This document shows, in pieces, positions 10,682 through 21,539 of a DNA stretch of 64,000 bases. The DNA is from an uncultured delta proteobacterium (GTDB lineage Bacteria > Myxococcota_A > Polyangia > Polyangiales > Polyangiaceae), in assembly GCA_963850305.1 (NCBI GenBank), contig CAWKKR010000008.1, positions 672,001-736,000 on the forward strand, in the 5' to 3' direction. The notes beneath the pieces are model-generated. The model did not search any database and was not told where the DNA came from. It saw only the letters and a program-made list of their open reading frames with translations. The translations under genes and the position numbers were made by a program. Each line of letters opens with the position of its first letter. Position 1 is the stretch's first letter.

Positions 10682-11152
10682 TCAGCTCTCGGCTGACTCT
10701 TCGGCAGCGGCGGGCAAGAACTCGATCACGCACATCGGCGCATTGTCGCCGCGGCGCGGCCCGAGCTTCACGATGCGGGTGTAGCCTCCGGCGCGGCCCT
10801 GAAACCGTTTGGCGAGATCCACGAACACCTTTTCGACGAGATCGACCTTGCGGCTCTGCTCGCCGTCGTCAGCAACGCCGAAGCGTTGCAGAAAGCGGCC
10901 GACCTGGCGCGACGCGGCGAGCCGGCGTGCCCTGTCCGCGGGGCTCAGCTTCTCGCCAGGTGTGAAGGCCACGTCGCCGAGCCGGATTGCCTGGCTGAGG
11001 AGCCTTTCCGCGACGCGCCGCAGTTCCTTCGCCTTCGCGTCAGTGGTCTCGATGCGCTCGTGCAGGACGAGGTTCGCCGTCAGCGCACGGAACATCGCGC
11101 GTCTGTGGCTCGTGTTGCGGCCGAACTGACGGCCTTGTTTCTTGTGTCGCAT
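10682..11152 (-). CDS. rplQ: 50S ribosomal protein L17
   Basis: MRHKK...HERIETT..KAKELR...GGYTRIVK...RRGDNA. Confidence 0.97.
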   Translation of the reverse strand: MRHKKQGRQFGRNTSHRRAMFRALTANLVLHERIETTDAKAKELRRVAERLLSQAIRLGDVAFTPGEKLSPADRARRLAASRQVGRFLQRFGVADDGEQSRKVDLVEKVFVDLAKRFQGRAGGYTRIVKLGPRRGDNAPMCVIEFLPAAAEESAES

Positions 11153-11185
11153 ATGACCTCTCCTTTGCGAGCGCTCGAACCGGTC

Positions 11186-12212
11186 TCAGCCCGCGGCCTG
11201 TTGAGCCTTCCAGCGATCGACCATCTGCGGCCAGCTGTCGAGCTTCATGCCAAGGCTCAGGCCCATCGTGGACAGGATCTCTTTTGATTTCCTTCAGCGA
11301 CTTCCTACCGAAGTTTTTCGTCTTCAGCATGTCCTGCTCCGTCCGCTGAACGAGCTCGCCGATGAGCGTGATATTCGCGTTCTGAAGGCAATTTGCGGAA
11401 CGAACGGAGAGCTCGAGTTCGTCCACTGACCGGAAAAGGTTCTCGTTGAGCGGCTCGTCATCGGAACCGGGAAGGGAGTACGTCGCTTCCTCGGTCTCTT
11501 CGAAATTGATCCAGATGGAGAGCTGCTCCTTCAGGATCTTCGCGGCGAACGCCACGGCGTCCGCGGGCGTCACAGCACCATTCGTCCAGACCTCGAGCAC
11601 GAGCTTGTCGTAGTCGGTGATCTGCCCGACGCGCGCGTTCTGCACGGTGTAGTTCACCTTTCGAATCGGCGAAAAAAGCGCGTCGATGGGGATAGTACCG
11701 AGCGGCATCGTGGGGCTCTTGTTCCGCTCCGCGGAAACGTAGCCGCGGCCGACACCGACGCTGAGCTCCATCGAGAGCGGGCCTTTCTTGTCGAGAGTCG
11801 CCACCTGGTGCGTCGGGTTCAGGATCGTGAGCCCGTCCACGAGCTGGATGTCGCTTGCGAGCACGGGGCCCGGTCCTTCCTTCTGAAGACGTAGTGTGTA
11901 CTGGCGCGGGTGCTGAGCACGGAATACGACCTCCTTCAGGTTGAGGATGATGTCCGTGACGTCCTCGACGACGTCGTCGATGCTCGTGAACTCGTGCAAG
12001 GCTCCGTCGAGCCGAACCGCCATGATGGCGGCGCCCTGAAGCGACGAAAGCAGCACGCGGCGGAGCGAGTTGCCGATCGTGATGCCATAACCCCGCTCGA
12101 GGGGCTCGCACGTGAACTTGCCGTAGAATTCGTTCCCGCTGTCCTGCTCGATCTGAATCGCTTTTGGACGGATCAGATCGCGCCAGTTGCGGCTCACCAT
12201 TGCATTGACCAT
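11186..12212 (-). CDS. rpoA: RNA polymerase alpha subunit (frameshift at 11282-11285, probable assembly error)
   Basis: [37 protein letters not shown]; removing one A gives [14 protein letters not shown]...QAAG then TGA at 11186-11188. Confidence 0.96.
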
Positions 12213-12416
12213 GTGCTCGTCTCCTTCATTGCCTCAGGGTTTGCGCGACCGTCCCGAGCCGCCGAGGAAACCTGCTTCCTCGACAACTCCGCGGTCTGCC
12301 CGCTCGCATGAGTCGCTTGCTTCGAGCACACGCCAATCTAGGCATGCAGTCTTCGCCATCGCCTCATGCGCATCACTTCGCTCGACTACAAATCCAAAAT
12401 TACCTTCGAGAAAAAA

Positions 12417-13046
12417 TCAGCGAGAATAGTACTCGACCACCAGTTGCTCCCGCATCGACGGCTCGTTGAGTTCATCGCGGGGCGGCATGCTCTTGAGGGT
12501 TCCCGCGAAATTCGCCCGATCGACCTCGACCCACGAGGGAACCTGGCGGCCTTGCGCCGCGGTGAGCGCCGCCGCGACGTACGCGATCTTCCGGCTCTTC
12601 TCGCGGATCTCGATCTTGTCGGAGTCGCCCACGCGGTAGCTCGGGATGTTCACTCGCTTGCCATTCACGAGAATGTGGTTGTGGCGCACCAGCTGCCGCC
12701 CCTGCGCGCGCGTGCCGGCAAGCCCCATTCGGTAGACGACGTTGTCGAGGCGCCGTTCGAGGAGACCGATCATCTCATCGCCGGTTCGGCCCTTCATGCC
12801 AGATGCCTGGTGGTAGTAGAGCCGGAACTGACGCTCCAGCAGGCCGTAAATCCGGCGCATCTTCTGCTTCTCCCGAAGTCGAAGGCCATACTCGGACAAT
12901 TTGAAGCGACCCTGCCCGTGTTGACCAGGCGGGTACGGTCGGCGTGTGACGGCGCACTTCTCCGAGAAGCAACGTTCGCCCTTCAGATAGAGCTTACCGC
13001 CTTCTCGACGGCAGAGTTTGCAAACTGGACCAAGGTACCGTGCCAT
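12417..13046 (-). CDS. rpsD: 30S ribosomal protein S4 (Zn-binding type)
   Basis: [13 protein letters not shown]...[19 protein letters not shown]. Confidence 0.98.
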   Translation of the reverse strand: MARYLGPVCKLCRREGGKLYLKGERCFSEKCAVTRRPYPPGQHGQGRFKLSEYGLRLREKQKMRRIYGLLERQFRLYYHQASGMKGRTGDEMIGLLERRLDNVVYRMGLAGTRAQGRQLVRHNHILVNGKRVNIPSYRVGDSDKIEIREKSRKIAYVAAALTAAQGRQVPSWVEVDRANFAGTLKSMPPRDELNEPSMREQLVVEYYSR

Positions 13047-13058
13047 GTGGTTTCTTTC

Positions 13059-13484
<426 letters not shown>

Positions 13485-13490
13485 GGGACG

Positions 13491-13859
13491 TTATTTCTTC
13501 CGTGAAACGAGGCCGCGACGGGGCCCCTTGCGCGTGCGCGCGTTGGTGTGAGTGCGCTGCCCGTGCACCGGGAGCCCCTTGCGGTGACGAAGCCCGCGGT
13601 AGCAGCCGAGGTCCATCAACCGCTTGATGTTCTGCTGAATCTCGCGTCGCAGATCGCCCTCGACCTTGTAGCCACCTTCGATGATGTCACGGATCGCTTT
13701 GACGTCGGACTCCGTGAGCTCGTCCACCTTGCGGTTCTCGGGGATCCTCGCCTTCTGGCAGATGAGCCGCGCCGTCGCTGGACCAATTCCGTAGATGTAC
13801 GGAAGCGCGTAGGCGACGGCTTTGCGTCGCGGCAGGTCTACTCCGGAAATGCGTGCCAT
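13491..13859 (-). CDS. rpsM: 30S ribosomal protein S13
   Basis: [31 protein letters not shown]. Confidence 0.98.
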   Translation of the reverse strand: MARISGVDLPRRKAVAYALPYIYGIGPATARLICQKARIPENRKVDELTESDVKAIRDIIEGGYKVEGDLRREIQQNIKRLMDLGCYRGLRHRKGLPVHGQRTHTNARTRKGPRRGLVSRKK

Positions 13860-13869
13860 TCTTGGACTC

Positions 13870-13983
13870 CTAACCCTGCCGCTGCTTGTGACGGGGGTTT
13901 TCGCAAATCACCCGAACCACGCCGCGGCGGCGAATGACTTTGCACTTCTCGCAGATCTTCTTGACGCTCGGTCGAACTTTCAT
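13870..13983 (-). CDS. rpmJ: 50S ribosomal protein L36 (Zn type; not in ORF track)
   Basis: Manual translation [37 protein letters not shown] then TAG. Confidence 0.98.
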   Translation of the reverse strand: MKVRPSVKKICEKCKVIRRRGVVRVICENPRHKQRQG

Positions 13984-13996
13984 GACGAATTTTCCG

Positions 13997-14206
13997 CTAC
14001 AACTTCTTGGTGATCTGTCCTCGGGTCGGGTCGTTTCGGAGGGTTCGGACGAGAACCTTGTCTCCCTCGAGCAGTCTCACGATGCCGTGACGCGACTTGG
14101 TGTCGACTCCGGCTCTGAGAACGCGACCATCGGCGAGACGGACGCGATACATCGACTTCGGCAGGACCGCATCGATGACTCCGGGTGATTCTGGTGTGTT
14201 GCTCGT
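13997..14206 (-). CDS. infA: Divergent translation initiation factor IF-1-like protein (not in ORF track; apparent ACG start)
   Basis: Manual translation (T)[68 protein letters not shown] matches the IF-1 pattern; canonical adk-infA-rpmJ position. Confidence 0.8.
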   Translation of the reverse strand, partial: TSNTPESPGVIDAVLPKSMYRVRLADGRVLRAGVDTKSRHGIVRLLEGDKVLVRTLRNDPTRGQITKKL

Positions 14207-14224
14207 CGCTTCTCCTCGTTGGTT

Positions 14225-14848
14225 CTACTTGGCCAGCGCCGCCATCACGCGGCTTGTGACTTCTCGTGGAGTGCCGGTTCCATCGATCCGACGAAGGAGC
14301 CCTGCCGCCTGGTAATGCGGGAGAAGCGCCGCCGTCATCGCCTCGTATTGATCGAGGCGAATGTTCACCTTGTCCTCGCAGTCGTCATTTCGGTGTTCCA
14401 AGACGGCGTCCGCGGGCGGCGGATTGTACTTTAGGTGGTAGATCTGTCCAGTCCGAACGTCGGTCCGACGAAGGGTTGCGCGCTCCACGAGGAGCGAACG
14501 AGGCACGTCGATCTGCACGACGTGGTCGAGCCGTGCGCCCAGCTCCGTGAGCGCGTGATCGAGCGCGTCCGCTTGGGGCACGGTCCGTGGAAATCCATCG
14601 AGAATGAACCCCTGCTGCGCATCCGGTTCCCGGAGCCTCTCCCCGACGAGACCAATGACGACGTTGTCCGGCACCAGTTTTCCCGCTGACATGAACTGAT
14701 CCGCGGCTTTGCCGAGATCGGTTCCTGCTATTCGCGCCGAGCGAAGCATGTCCCCGGTCGAGATGTGAGGGACTCCCAGCCGGTCGACCAGCACCTTCGC
14801 CTGCGTCCCCTTCCCGCTCGCCGGCGGCCCCACCAAAACGATCCTCAT
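14225..14848 (-). CDS. adk: Adenylate kinase
   Basis: MRIVLVGPPASGKGTQA, HISTGDMLR, LDGFPRT; start reassigned to ATG at 14848. Confidence 0.97.
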   Translation of the reverse strand: MRIVLVGPPASGKGTQAKVLVDRLGVPHISTGDMLRSARIAGTDLGKAADQFMSAGKLVPDNVVIGLVGERLREPDAQQGFILDGFPRTVPQADALDHALTELGARLDHVVQIDVPRSLLVERATLRRTDVRTGQIYHLKYNPPPADAVLEHRNDDCEDKVNIRLDQYEAMTAALLPHYQAAGLLRRIDGTGTPREVTSRVMAALAK

Positions 14849-14883
14849 GGCGCCCAGCCCGGCACTGAACGGATGCAGGGACC

Positions 14884-15018
14884 AAAGGGGGGCCTTGCCT
14901 CCCGCGGCTCGCTTCGCGACCGCTCCCCCCGCCGCCTTCGGCGGGCTCGCTCCGCTCGCGTAGTTCCGCACCTCTTTGATCCCTCGGTGACGACGTGCAT
15001 CGTCGATGCGGGACTACT
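14884..15018 (-). repeat. Copy of a dispersed GTAG-palindromic mini-element
   Basis: Minus strand AGTAGTCCCGCATCGACG...GGTGCGGAACTAC-GCGAGC...GGGGGG...CCCCCCTTT, closely matching 51189-51323 and related to 46267-46400. Confidence 0.9.
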
Positions 15019-15182
15019 CACGTCCCGGTGCGATGCGAAGCGAGCCCCCGCACGACGATGAGCGTGGCTCGATTGCGAAGACCGCGGGTGTGGCTGGGCG
15101 GGTAAGGCCCGGAGCCGTGCGCAGGCACGGCGAGGACCGAGAGCGCCCAGACGCGCCCGTGCTCGAAGCAAGCGAGCCATGC

Positions 15183-16511
15183 TCATGGCCGACGCCCGCT
15201 GAGGCGTGTGGTCTGCGGCCCAGTCAGTCCCTCGTAGCTGCGCGTGATGAGGTGGGCCTCGATCTGATTCGTCGTCTCAAGCGCCACGCCGACGATGATG
15301 ATGAGGCTCGTTCCGCCAAATTGAAACGGCACATGAAAACCTTGGCTAACGAGGCTCGGGATGATGCAAATTGCCGCGAGGTATGTCGATCCTCCGACCG
15401 TGATACGCGTCACGACCCGTTCGATGTATTCGGCAGTCTGCCGACCCGGTCGAATACCGGGGATGTTCGCTTGTTGCTTCTTCAGGTTGTCCGCGACGTC
15501 GACGGGATTGAACGTGACGGCCGTGTAGAAGAACGAGAAGAAGATGATGAGTGCCGCGAAAAGGACGTTGAAAGCCCAGTCTCCACGGCTCACGAGCGAA
15601 CTGAATGCCGACATCCCTGGCAGATTGAAGTTCGCGAGCGTCGCAGGGAACGCAAGCAAGCTCGACGCGAAGATAGGCGGGATCATGCTCGCCATGTTCA
15701 CCTTGAGCGGGAGATGCGCCGTCTGCCCGCCATACACGCGGCGGCCGAGCTGACGCCTGGCATACTGAATCGGAATCTGTCGCTGGGCGCGCTCGAAGAA
15801 GACCACGATGGCCACGCAAGCGAGCAAGATCGAGAGAAGCAGGAAGATGGTGAGAGGCTGTATATCGCCGGCATTCGCCGAAAAATAATTCGCGACACCA
15901 CCCGGAATGCCGCTGACGATGCTCGCTAGGATGATCATCGACGTCCCGTTGCCGATGCCGCGGTCCGTCGCTTGCTCACCGAGCCACATGAGGAGCGCGT
16001 GGCCCGTCGTGAGCGTGAGAATGGTGAGGAGCCGAAAAGACCAGCCCGGATTACCGACGACATCGGCAAAGCGTCCTCCACCGACGTCCTGATCGTTCAA
16101 TCCCTCGAGCCACATCGCGACGCCGAACGACTGGAAGATGCTGAGCGCAACGGCAGCGTACCGCGTCCATTGCTCGAGCTTCCGGCGACCCGTCTCACCC
16201 TCCTTGCGGAGTTCCTCGACCTGCTTCGACACGAGGCCGAGGAGTTGGAAAATGATGCTCGCCGAAACGTACGGCATGATGCCCAGAGCGAAGATCGAGA
16301 GATTCGCGACGGCCCCACCGGAGAACAAGTTGAAGAGGCCAAGCAGACCACTCTGCCCGCGAACGACCGCTCTCATCACGGTTCGATCGACGCCCGGGGT
16401 CGTGATGAAGACGCCGACCCGGTAAATGGCCAGCATCATCAAGGTGAACCCGATGCGCCGACGCAGTTCGGGTACCTTGGTGATGTTGGAAAAACCGCCG
16501 ACTACGGCCAT
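15183..16511 (-). CDS. secY: Preprotein translocase SecY
   Basis: SIFALGIMPYVSASII, WLGEQ.T.RGIGNG.S, IPGIRPG, FGGTSL.I.VGVAL. Confidence 0.98.
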   Translation of the reverse strand: MAVVGGFSNITKVPELRRRIGFTLMMLAIYRVGVFITTPGVDRTVMRAVVRGQSGLLGLFNLFSGGAVANLSIFALGIMPYVSASIIFQLLGLVSKQVEELRKEGETGRRKLEQWTRYAAVALSIFQSFGVAMWLEGLNDQDVGGGRFADVVGNPGWSFRLLTILTLTTGHALLMWLGEQATDRGIGNGTSMIILASIVSGIPGGVANYFSANAGDIQPLTIFLLLSILLACVAIVVFFERAQRQIPIQYARRQLGRRVYGGQTAHLPLKVNMASMIPPIFASSLLAFPATLANFNLPGMSAFSSLVSRGDWAFNVLFAALIIFFSFFYTAVTFNPVDVADNLKKQQANIPGIRPGRQTAEYIERVVTRITVGGSTYLAAICIIPSLVSQGFHVPFQFGGTSLIIIVGVALETTNQIEAHLITRSYEGLTGPQTTRLSGRRP

Positions 16512-16527
16512 GTGCGGCCTTCGGCGC

Positions 16528-17010
16528 TCAGACCGCTTCGCCCGCGGAGGCGTTCGCCTCGGCGATCACGACGGCCTTGCCCTTCGCGCGTTCGATCTTC
16601 TGCGCCGCCTTCGCGCTGAATCCATGTGCGTGAACGACGAGTTGCTTCGTGAGCTCGCCGGTCGCGAGAACCTTGATCCGGACGTCCTTGCCCTGGACGA
16701 GGCGGGCCGCGCGGAGCGCCGTTTCATCGACGGTCGCGCCGTCCGGAAATCGCTCCAGCTGACCCACGTTCAGAATCGCGGTTTCCACGGGGAACGGCTG
16801 ACGGAACCCGCGCTTGGCGACGCGGCGCTGCATCGGCGTCTGGCCACCCTGGAAGTGCGTCTTGTGAAAATTACCCGGCTTACGAGCCTTCTGCCCCTTC
16901 ATGCCCTTGCCGCTCGTTTTGCCGACGCCCGTCCCCGGACCGCGGCCGAGCCTTCGCACGTTGTGACGCGCGCCCGGCGGCGGCGCGAGGCGAGAAAGAA
17001 TGTCGCTCAT
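16528..17010 (-). CDS. rplO: 50S ribosomal protein L15
   Basis: RLGRG.GTG.GKT.G.G.KGQKAR, FQGGQTP; start ATG at 17010. Confidence 0.96.
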   Translation of the reverse strand: MSDILSRLAPPPGARHNVRRLGRGPGTGVGKTSGKGMKGQKARKPGNFHKTHFQGGQTPMQRRVAKRGFRQPFPVETAILNVGQLERFPDGATVDETALRAARLVQGKDVRIKVLATGELTKQLVVHAHGFSAKAAQKIERAKGKAVVIAEANASAGEAV

Positions 17011-17192
17011 GTTCGATCCTCGCGGATGTCCACCAAGTGGAGAACCTTCTTGATCATGCCGCGAAACGACGGCGTGTTGTCCACCACGACGCTCGAGCCC
17101 AAACCGCGTAGCCCGAGCCCGCGGAGGATCTTGCGTTGCATCTCCGGGCGACCGATGACGCTGACACGCTGCGAGACCTTGATCTTCGTCAC
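17007..17192 (-). CDS. rpmD: 50S ribosomal protein L30
   Basis: S.IGR...Q...LRGLGL...RGMIKKV.HLV. Confidence 0.95.
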   Translation of the reverse strand: MTKIKVSQRVSVIGRPEMQRKILRGLGLRGLGSSVVVDNTPSFRGMIKKVLHLVDIREDRT

Positions 17193-17752
17193 GCCGCGCC
17201 TCCCTCACGAGCCGGAGGAGTTGCACCGACAGCGAACTTCGACACCGGATAATCCACGGCGACCTCGTCGAGTGTCTTGCCGCGAGCGCTTGCGACGTTC
17301 TCCGGCGAGCGCAGGCCGCGCAGTGCTTCGATCGTCGCGTAGACCGCGTTGTACTTGTTCGAAGAGCCGAGACACTTCGACAGGATGTCTTGAATACCCG
17401 CAGACTCGACCACCGCGCGAACCGCACCACCAGCAATGACGCCAGTCCCCGGCGCTGCCGGGCGCAACAGGACTTTCCCAGCCCCGAAGTGACCCGTCAC
17501 ATCGTGCGGGATAGTCGAGCCGATCATCGGTACCTTGAACATGCTCTTCCGAGCCTGATCGTTCCCCTTCCGAATGGCCTCCGGCACCTCGTTCGCTTTG
17601 CCGAGGCCGACGCCGACATGGCCGGATTCGTCTCCGACGACGACCAGCGCCGAGAAGCTGAAGCGGCGTCCGCCTTGAACGACCTTCGCGACGCGGTTGA
17701 TGTGAATCACCCGCTCCTTGAGCCTGTCTTCCTCGAAGTCCTCGAATGCCAT
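17189..17752 (-). CDS. rpsE: 30S ribosomal protein S5
   Basis: [32 protein letters not shown]; start ATG at 17752. Confidence 0.97.
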   Translation of the reverse strand: MAFEDFEEDRLKERVIHINRVAKVVQGGRRFSFSALVVVGDESGHVGVGLGKANEVPEAIRKGNDQARKSMFKVPMIGSTIPHDVTGHFGAGKVLLRPAAPGTGVIAGGAVRAVVESAGIQDILSKCLGSSNKYNAVYATIEALRGLRSPENVASARGKTLDEVAVDYPVSKFAVGATPPAREGGAA

Positions 17753-17774
17753 CGTTGTGTCCTGGAGCTTGCGC

Positions 17775-18134
17775 TCAGAAGCTGAGACCTGCTTCGCGGG
17801 CCGCGTCCGCGAGCGCCTTGACGCGACCGTGATAGAGGTAACCGTTGCGATCGAACACGACCTTGTCGAGGTTCTTCCCCAAACAAATCTTGGCGATGAG
17901 CGCTCCCACCTTTTTGGCGGAGTCCGTCTTGTTATCCTCGGAAGTGGTGCCCTTGAGATCGCGAGAGAGGCTCGATGCCGCGGCGAGCGTCTTGCCCGTC
18001 GCGTCATCCACGACCTGCGCGTAGATGTGTTTCGAGCTCCGAAACACGCTGAGCCGCGGACGTTCAATGGTTCCAGAAATCTTTCTCCGGATGCGCAGCT
18101 TCCGTCGTTCTCGCCCGATGAGCTTCTTTGCCAT
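17775..18134 (-). CDS. rplR: 50S ribosomal protein L18
   Basis: [33 protein letters not shown]. Confidence 0.98.
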   Translation of the reverse strand: MAKKLIGRERRKLRIRRKISGTIERPRLSVFRSSKHIYAQVVDDATGKTLAAASSLSRDLKGTTSEDNKTDSAKKVGALIAKICLGKNLDKVVFDRNGYLYHGRVKALADAAREAGLSF

Positions 18135-18143
18135 CCTTGCCTG

Positions 18144-18740
18144 CTACTTCTTGCCGGCTTTGCCGGCTTTGCCGGCTTTGCGCCGGACGTTCTCGCCGCG
18201 ATAGCGGACTCCCTTGCCGGCGTAGGGCTCGGGCGGACGAAACGATCGCACGGTTGCCGCCACCTGACCGAGCACCGCCTTGTCAGCGGAGTTCAGCACG
18301 ATGATGGTTCCCTTCGATTCGGCCGGAATAGACGCCGTCACGCCCTGCGGGAGGGGAAAAACCACGGCGTGCGACAACCCGAGCGCTAGATGGAGGGCAC
18401 CTGCCTTGATCTCGCACCGGTAGCCGGTGCCCACCAGCTCCAATATCCGCTCGTAGCCCTCGGAAGCGCCCTTGACGTGGCTCGCAATGAGCGCCCGTGC
18501 AAGGCCCTGCCAACGAGCGGCGTCTCGACCACCTGCCGAGCTCGTGACCGTGATCTTGTCGCCCGTCTGCGCGACGGTGACCGTTGGCGGAAGCGGCGTG
18601 CTGAGCTTTCCCTTCGGCCCCTGGACGTTCACCTGGCCGCCGGAAAGCGCGACCGTGACGCCCTTCGGAAGCACGATTGCGCGCTTGCCGACGCGCGACA
18701 GAATCTGCTTCTCGGTCGTTGCTTGTACCGCCGCGCCCAT
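18144..18740 (-). CDS. rplF: 50S ribosomal protein L6
   Basis: SRVGK, GPKG.L, RPPEPY.GKGVRY. Confidence 0.96.
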   Translation of the reverse strand: MGAAVQATTEKQILSRVGKRAIVLPKGVTVALSGGQVNVQGPKGKLSTPLPPTVTVAQTGDKITVTSSAGGRDAARWQGLARALIASHVKGASEGYERILELVGTGYRCEIKAGALHLALGLSHAVVFPLPQGVTASIPAESKGTIIVLNSADKAVLGQVAATVRSFRPPEPYAGKGVRYRGENVRRKAGKAGKAGKK

Positions 18741-19150
18741 CACCACACCTCGCACAGGAGCTCGCCACCAACCTTGCGGCGCCGCGCTTCCTTGTCCGTC
18801 ATGAGCCCGGCAGACGTGCTCAGAATCGAAACTCCGAGACCCGACAGCACGCGCGGAATGTTCTCGTAGCCGACGTAGACACGTCGTCCAGGCCGCGAAA
18901 CGCGGCGAATTCCTGCAAACGCGGAGTCCTTCTCGCGGTTGTACTTCAGCACCACCCGAATCTGGGGGTGCTTGTGCGCGTTTCCCTCTCCGGGACTCTC
19001 TTCCCGCACGTCCGCGATGAAGCCTTCGCTCTTCAGAATCTCTGCGATTGCCTTCTTGATCTTGCTCGCGGGCATCAACGTGGACGCGTGACGAGCCATC
19101 GAGGCGTTACGGATTCTCGCAAGCATGTCGGCGATGGGATCAGTCGTCAT
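18740..19150 (-). CDS. rpsH: 30S ribosomal protein S8
   Basis: DPIADML.RIRNA, SRPGRRVY, GGELLCEVW. Confidence 0.98.
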   Translation of the reverse strand: MTTDPIADMLARIRNASMARHASTLMPASKIKKAIAEILKSEGFIADVREESPGEGNAHKHPQIRVVLKYNREKDSAFAGIRRVSRPGRRVYVGYENIPRVLSGLGVSILSTSAGLMTDKEARRRKVGGELLCEVW

Positions 19151-19156
19151 CGTTCC

Positions 19157-19342
19157 TCACCAGCTCGCCTTCGTGACGCCCGGAAGCTCGCCCTTCAATG
19201 CGAGACTCCGGAAACACAACCGGCACAAGTTGAAGTCGCGGTATACGGCGCGACCGCGGCCGCACGTATGACAGCGATTGTGATGCCGCGTCGAAAATTT
19301 CGGGGGACGGTTCAGTTTCGCCCACTGGGATGCACGCGCCAT
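19157..19342 (-). CDS. rpsN: 30S ribosomal protein S14 (Zn-binding type Z)
   Basis: RC..CGR...CRLCFR...LPGVTKASW. Confidence 0.97.
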   Translation of the reverse strand: MARASQWAKLNRPPKFSTRHHNRCHTCGRGRAVYRDFNLCRLCFRSLALKGELPGVTKASW

Positions 19343-19347
19343 CTTCG

Positions 19348-19902
19348 CTAGCTCCTGAATGGCATTCCGAGCCGTGCGAGGAGCTCCTTGGCTTCCTCGT
19401 TGGTCGGTGCCGTGGTCACGAACGTGATGTTCATGCCTTTGACGCTGTCGACACTGTCGAAGTTGATCTCGGGGAACACGATCTGTTCCTTGAGACCGAG
19501 GGTGTAGTTGCCCGCGCCATCAAAGGCCTTCGGGCTCGTGCCGCGGAAATCGCGGACGCGCGGCAGCGCGAGGGTGACGAGGCGGTCCATGAACTCCCAC
19601 ATACGCTCGCGCCGCAACGTGACCTTGACGCCAATCGGCAGGCCCTCGCGAAGCTTGAAGTTTGCGATTGCCTTCTTCGAGCGCGTCACGATGGGCTTCT
19701 GTCCGGTGATCGCCTTCAACTCCTCGACCGCGCTATCGATCACCTTCGGATTACCGACGGCCGCACCGAGACCCATGTTGATCACGATGCGCTGGAGGCG
19801 CGGCACCTGCATCGAGCTCGTGTACTCGAAGCGCTTCATCAGCGCCCCCACGATTTCCTTCTTGTAGCGCTCGCGCAGGCGAGGCTCGGGCATATCCGTC
19901 AT
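19348..19902 (-). CDS. rplE: 50S ribosomal protein L5
   Basis: [29 protein letters not shown]. Confidence 0.97.
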   Translation of the reverse strand: MTDMPEPRLRERYKKEIVGALMKRFEYTSSMQVPRLQRIVINMGLGAAVGNPKVIDSAVEELKAITGQKPIVTRSKKAIANFKLREGLPIGVKVTLRRERMWEFMDRLVTLALPRVRDFRGTSPKAFDGAGNYTLGLKEQIVFPEINFDSVDSVKGMNITFVTTAPTNEEAKELLARLGMPFRS

Positions 19903-20219
19903 GATCCACTCTCTCCGACAATCTCCGCGCCGCTCCTCGCGATGCGAACCTTCTTGCCGTCCTTCATCTGGTGGCGAACGCGGGTGCGCTTGCCCGTGGT
20001 CGGATCGATCAACATCACCTTGCTCGCCGGGAACGGAGCCTCCACCTCGAGGATTCCGCCCGGGCGCTGCGGGGTTGCGGCGAGGTGCTTCTTCACGAGG
20101 TTCACTCCCTCCACCACGACGAGGTCCCGCTCGGGGACGACCCGAACGACCTTGCCCTGCTTGCCCTTGTCGTCGCCGTTGATGACCACGACTCGGTCGC
20201 CTTTGCGCACGCGGGCCAT
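19899..20219 (-). CDS. rplX: 50S ribosomal protein L24
   Basis: [22 protein letters not shown] motif. Confidence 0.97.
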   Translation of the reverse strand: MARVRKGDRVVVINGDDKGKQGKVVRVVPERDLVVVEGVNLVKKHLAATPQRPGGILEVEAPFPASKVMLIDPTTGKRTRVRHQMKDGKKVRIARSGAEIVGESGS

Positions 20220-20587
20220 CAGAGAACCTCCGGCGCAAGCGAAACGATCTTCATGAATTTCTTGCCGCGCAACTCGCGCGCAACGGGGCCGAAGATTCGA
20301 GTTCCGATCGGCTCCTTCTGTGCGTTCAGCATGACGGCGCTGTTGGTATCGAAGCGGATGTAGCTACCGTCCGGGCGACGACATTCGCGCTTCACGCGCA
20401 CGACCACCGCCTTCGCGGTATCACCCTTCTTCACCTTACTGTCCGGAAGTGCCTCTTTGATCGCGACGACGATGACATCCCCGAGTCCCGCGTAACGCCG
20501 ACGCGAACCGCCTAGCACTTTCACACACTGGACGAGCTTCGCGCCGGAGTTGTCGGCGACATCCAGGAACGTCTGCGCTTGAATCAT
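20219..20587 (-). CDS. rplN: 50S ribosomal protein L14
   Basis: [31 protein letters not shown]. Confidence 0.98.
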   Translation of the reverse strand: MIQAQTFLDVADNSGAKLVQCVKVLGGSRRRYAGLGDVIVVAIKEALPDSKVKKGDTAKAVVVRVKRECRRPDGSYIRFDTNSAVMLNAQKEPIGTRIFGPVARELRGKKFMKIVSLAPEVL

Positions 20588-20593
20588 GACCCG

Positions 20594-20896
20594 CTACTCC
20601 TCCACCGCTCGAGCAACGAGCCGCACGACGGTGAAGCGCTTGTGACGCGACAACGGTCGGTGCTCCATGATCTCCACGCGGTCACCCACGCGGTACTCGT
20701 TCTTCTCGTCGTGGGCCTGGTAGCGCTTCCGCACCCGGACGTATTTCTTGTACATCCCGTGCACCTTGAATCGGACGACCTCGACAACGACGGTCTTGTC
20801 CATCTTGTTGCTCATCACACGGCCGATGAGCTTGCGCGGACCGGAATGACCGGGTTCGTGCTTCACGTGGCTTTCTGCATGGGTCGATTCGGTCAC
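20594..20896 (-). CDS. rpsQ: 30S ribosomal protein S17
   Basis: S.KMDKTVVV, AHDE.N, RPLS..KRF. Confidence 0.96.
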   Translation of the reverse strand: MTESTHAESHVKHEPGHSGPRKLIGRVMSNKMDKTVVVEVVRFKVHGMYKKYVRVRKRYQAHDEKNEYRVGDRVEIMEHRPLSRHKRFTVVRLVARAVEE

Positions 20897-21111
20897 GACG
20901 CGCTACCTCCGGTGGAAGCGGGTGCGTTCTTGCGCTCACTGAGGATGCCCGCGATCCGGGCGATGTCGCGACGCGCCTTTTGGATCTGGCTCGTGTCGTC
21001 GAGCTGACTGGTGAAGTTCTTCATCCGGTTCCCGAAGAGCTCTTTCTTGAGACTCGCCTCCAGCTCCAGAAGGTCCTCGGTCGAACGAGCGCGCAGGTCC
21101 TTTGCGTTCAT
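20893..21111 (-). CDS. rpmC: 50S ribosomal protein L29
   Basis: MNAKDLR...KELF..R...RRDIARI; between rplP and rpsQ. Confidence 0.95.
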   Translation of the reverse strand: MNAKDLRARSTEDLLELEASLKKELFGNRMKNFTSQLDDTSQIQKARRDIARIAGILSERKNAPASTGGSAS

Positions 21112-21524
21112 CAGAGCTCTCCTCGGGCCATGAACTTGACTGCGATCGGGAGCTTCGACGCGGCGATCCGGAATGCGTCCTTCGCCTCGTCTGCGGTCAC
21201 ACCGCCCAATTCGAAAAGAACTCGACCTGGCTTCACGACGGCAACCCACTGCTCGACGGAGCCTTTGCCCGAGCCCATGCGCACTTCGAGGGGCTTCTTC
21301 GTGATCGGCTTGTCGGGGAACACGCGGATCCAGAGGCTGCCCTGACGTTTGACTTTGCGAGTAATAGCCATGCGACCCGCCTCGATCTGCCGAGACGTTA
21401 GATGACCGCTTTCGAGGGCCATCATCCCGAAATCGCCGAACGAGACATCGCTGCCGCGCCACGCGACGCCGCGGTTCTTGCCCTTCTGTTGTTTCCTGAA
21501 CTTGGTGCGCTTCGGGGATAGCAT
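21111..21524 (-). CDS. rplP: 50S ribosomal protein L16
   Basis: [33 protein letters not shown]. Confidence 0.98.
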   Translation of the reverse strand: MLSPKRTKFRKQQKGKNRGVAWRGSDVSFGDFGMMALESGHLTSRQIEAGRMAITRKVKRQGSLWIRVFPDKPITKKPLEVRMGSGKGSVEQWVAVVKPGRVLFELGGVTADEAKDAFRIAASKLPIAVKFMARGEL

Positions 21525-21539
21525 CGGGTCCTCGAACGA

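Noticed and set aside
11275..11290. Real rpoA C-terminal extension overlapping rplQ
   Set aside because: Removing one A restores a normal alpha-CTD ending at 11186; essential gene, probable sequencing error
14849..14971. N-terminal extension of adenylate kinase
   Set aside because: It is translation of the repeat element; a canonical MRIVLVG start follows
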